NCBI GenBank assembly: GCA_035302665.1 | Contig: DATGSL010000239.1 | Span: 1 to 29,059 of the forward strand | Direction: 5' to 3' | Length of the DNA stretch: 29,059 nt | Source of the DNA: Opitutales bacterium | GTDB taxonomy: Bacteria; Verrucomicrobiota; Verrucomicrobiia; Opitutales; T3Sed10-336 | In this document: piece after piece, positions 27,628 to 29,059 of the stretch | Numbering within the stretch: position 1 is the first letter of the stretch | How the letters are laid out: the number at the start of each line of letters is the position of its first letter | Notes under the pieces: generated by a model | Told to the model about the DNA's origin: nothing | Databases searched by the model: none | The model's input: only the letters and a program-made list of their open reading frames with translations | Program-made: the position numbers and the translations under genes

Positions 27628-27912
27628 TTATTCGGAAAGGTTCGACCGGCGGCTGGTAATCCAACCGGCTGCACCGAGAATTGCTCCCGTGAAAAGGCCG
27701 GCTCCGAGAACCTCAATTCCGGGAATGAAACCGGATCGCTCGACCGGATATTCGATCTCCGTGATCTCGTCGAAATGCATTTCAACGATCCGCGTCTGGG
27801 TCCAACCGCGGTGAGCTCCGCCGATGATCCAGACCCCGAGCGTGGTCACAATCGTCAGAACGGAGAGAATCGTGAAGAATCGAATAACTTTAGAACGGGT
27901 GGTTGTTTTCAT
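27628..27912 (-). CDS. Small two-TM membrane protein, hypothetical
   Basis: Two hydrophobic helices flanking GAHRGWTQT...DEITEIEY...FIPGIEVLG; co-oriented with yceI. Confidence 0.7.
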   Translation of the reverse strand: MKTTTRSKVIRFFTILSVLTIVTTLGVWIIGGAHRGWTQTRIVEMHFDEITEIEYPVERSGFIPGIEVLGAGLFTGAILGAAGWITSRRSNLSE

Positions 27913-27970
27913 GCTTTAAAGAATACCACCGCCTCCGATGGTTGAATAATACCAATAGCGGCTTGCGGTT

Positions 27971-27985
27971 ATGCGTCGGATGCAT
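27971..27985. promoter_or_regulatory. LysR recognition box (T-N11-A)
   Basis: ATGC-N7-GCAT palindrome (ATGCGTCGGATGCAT) between the divergent starts at 27912 and 27998. Confidence 0.7.
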
Positions 27986-27997
27986 AGCATCGGGTCG

Positions 27998-28876
27998 ATG
28001 AATATCGATCTGTTGCGCACCTTCTTTGTTGTTTTGGAGGCGGGGAGTCTCAACAAGGCGGCCGAGCGGATGCATGTTTCGCAATCGACGCTCACGCGCC
28101 AGATCCAGTCGTTGGAGCATGCGATCGGCGGGCAGCTTTTGGAGCGGACCTCGAGCGGGGTTGCTCCGACGGCGACCGGTCAGGAATTGGCCGAAGCGAT
28201 GGGACCGGTGCTTGATCGGTTTGACGCTGTTCTTGCGAATGTACGCGCTTTTGCCCGCGGTTGGCGCGACAGTCTGCGGATCGGCTACGTCGCCTCTGCG
28301 GCGGCCTCTTTTCTCAATCCGGCGCTCGCGAAACTGCGACAGGCGCATCCGGAGCTAAAAGTGCGGCTTTACGATCTTTCGCCTGGTGAGCAAATGACTG
28401 CCCTGCGCAACGGAGAGATCGACGTGGCGTTGATCGGACATGCCGGGGCGTTTCTTTCGCGTGAGTTTTACACCCGCCGCTTGGCGAGTATTGAAGTAGT
28501 GGTCGCTTTACCTGATTGCCATCCGCTTGCTGAGAAAAGCGGGTTGCGCCTGGGCGATCTTCGGCAAGAGCTTTTCGTCGGCGCGCCCGATGTCGATATG
28601 CCGGGTCACAATCGATGGGTTGTCCGGCTTTGCCGTCGCGCAGGTTTTCGGCCGAATTTTGTTCTCGATGCGGAAAGTCTTGCCCATTCTTTTTCCACCT
28701 TGGTCACGGAACAGGCGGTTATGCTCGGTCCAGCTTACCTTGCAAAAAATTCGATTCCCCGCGTCGCTTTTCGTCCTTTAAAGGAACCAGATGCTCATTG
28801 GGAAATCTACGTCGCGTGGCAACGCGGCCGGATCGCGGAGCCGGTTAAAACGCTCCTTGCGGGATTTACGCCGTAA
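27998..28876 (+). CDS. LysR family transcriptional regulator (BenM/CatR/AlsR-like)
   Basis: MNIDLLRTF..EAGSLNKAAERMHVSQSTLTRQIQSLE..GGQLLERT HTH plus a substrate-binding domain. ATG 27998 is preferred because 27971 lies in the LysR box. Confidence 0.94.
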   Translation: MNIDLLRTFFVVLEAGSLNKAAERMHVSQSTLTRQIQSLEHAIGGQLLERTSSGVAPTATGQELAEAMGPVLDRFDAVLANVRAFARGWRDSLRIGYVASAAASFLNPALAKLRQAHPELKVRLYDLSPGEQMTALRNGEIDVALIGHAGAFLSREFYTRRLASIEVVVALPDCHPLAEKSGLRLGDLRQELFVGAPDVDMPGHNRWVVRLCRRAGFRPNFVLDAESLAHSFSTLVTEQAVMLGPAYLAKNSIPRVAFRPLKEPDAHWEIYVAWQRGRIAEPVKTLLAGFTP

Positions 28877-28893
28877 CGATCAACTACCTCGGC

Positions 28894-29059
28894 TCATTCG
28901 GCGGGATCGCTGTTCCACAACTCTTGATTGCGGAGAGATTTCCCGTTGAGAACGAAAGTCGGCTCTTTGTTATCCAAAGCGAATTCGCCATTGACCATCA
29001 CGTAGTAGATACCTTCCGAATAGGCGCGGGAATCGGTGAGTGTCCAAGTCGCCTTGACC
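28894..29059 (-). CDS. C-terminus of an N-acyl-D-amino-acid deacylase / amidohydrolase family protein (partial)
   Basis: Manual translation VKATWTLTDSRAYSEGIYYVMVNGEFALDNKEPTFVLNGKSLRNQELWNSDPAE* matches the D-aminoacylase C-terminal AT...EGI.YV.VNG...G..LR pattern. Confidence 0.65.
   Translation of the reverse strand, partial: VKATWTLTDSRAYSEGIYYVMVNGEFALDNKEPTFVLNGKSLRNQELWNSDPAE

Overview
A 29 kb bacterial chromosomal window. The organism is most likely a halotolerant Verrucomicrobiota (Opitutales-like); this is inferred from gene families and motif style, not from a database search. Left end: an osmolyte module made of a fused glycine/sarcosine + sarcosine/dimethylglycine N-methyltransferase (de novo glycine betaine synthesis), divergent from a window-truncated, uncharacterised SAM methyltransferase that the ORF track missed. 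Next come a YcjG-type dipeptide epimerase, a small secreted Cys-rich protein, a large secreted GH71-like glycosidase with Ca-binding repeats and a CBM6-like domain, a LapA-domain protein, a Gfo/Idh/MocA oxidoreductase and a frameshifted aryl-alcohol dehydrogenase followed by a multi-stem RNA-like element. Middle: mostly housekeeping genes (M14 peptidase, RluA, SDR, hpf, tRNA-Arg(ACG), sppA, prfB with its programmed +1 frameshift), plus an uncharacterised ATP-grasp-like ligase overlapping the prfB stop. Right end: a 2000-aa DUF4011-SF1 helicase-Vsr-like nuclease-DUF3320 (Hhe-type) anti-phage gene with an N-terminal transglutaminase-like Cys-His-Glu module. It lies at the tail of a putative quinone/aromatic detox operon (membrane protein, YceI, cupin, MhqO/LinE-type dioxygenase, esterase) that is divergent from a LysR regulator. 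A partial N-acyl-D-amino-acid deacylase ends the window. No integrase, transposase, CRISPR array or rRNA was seen.
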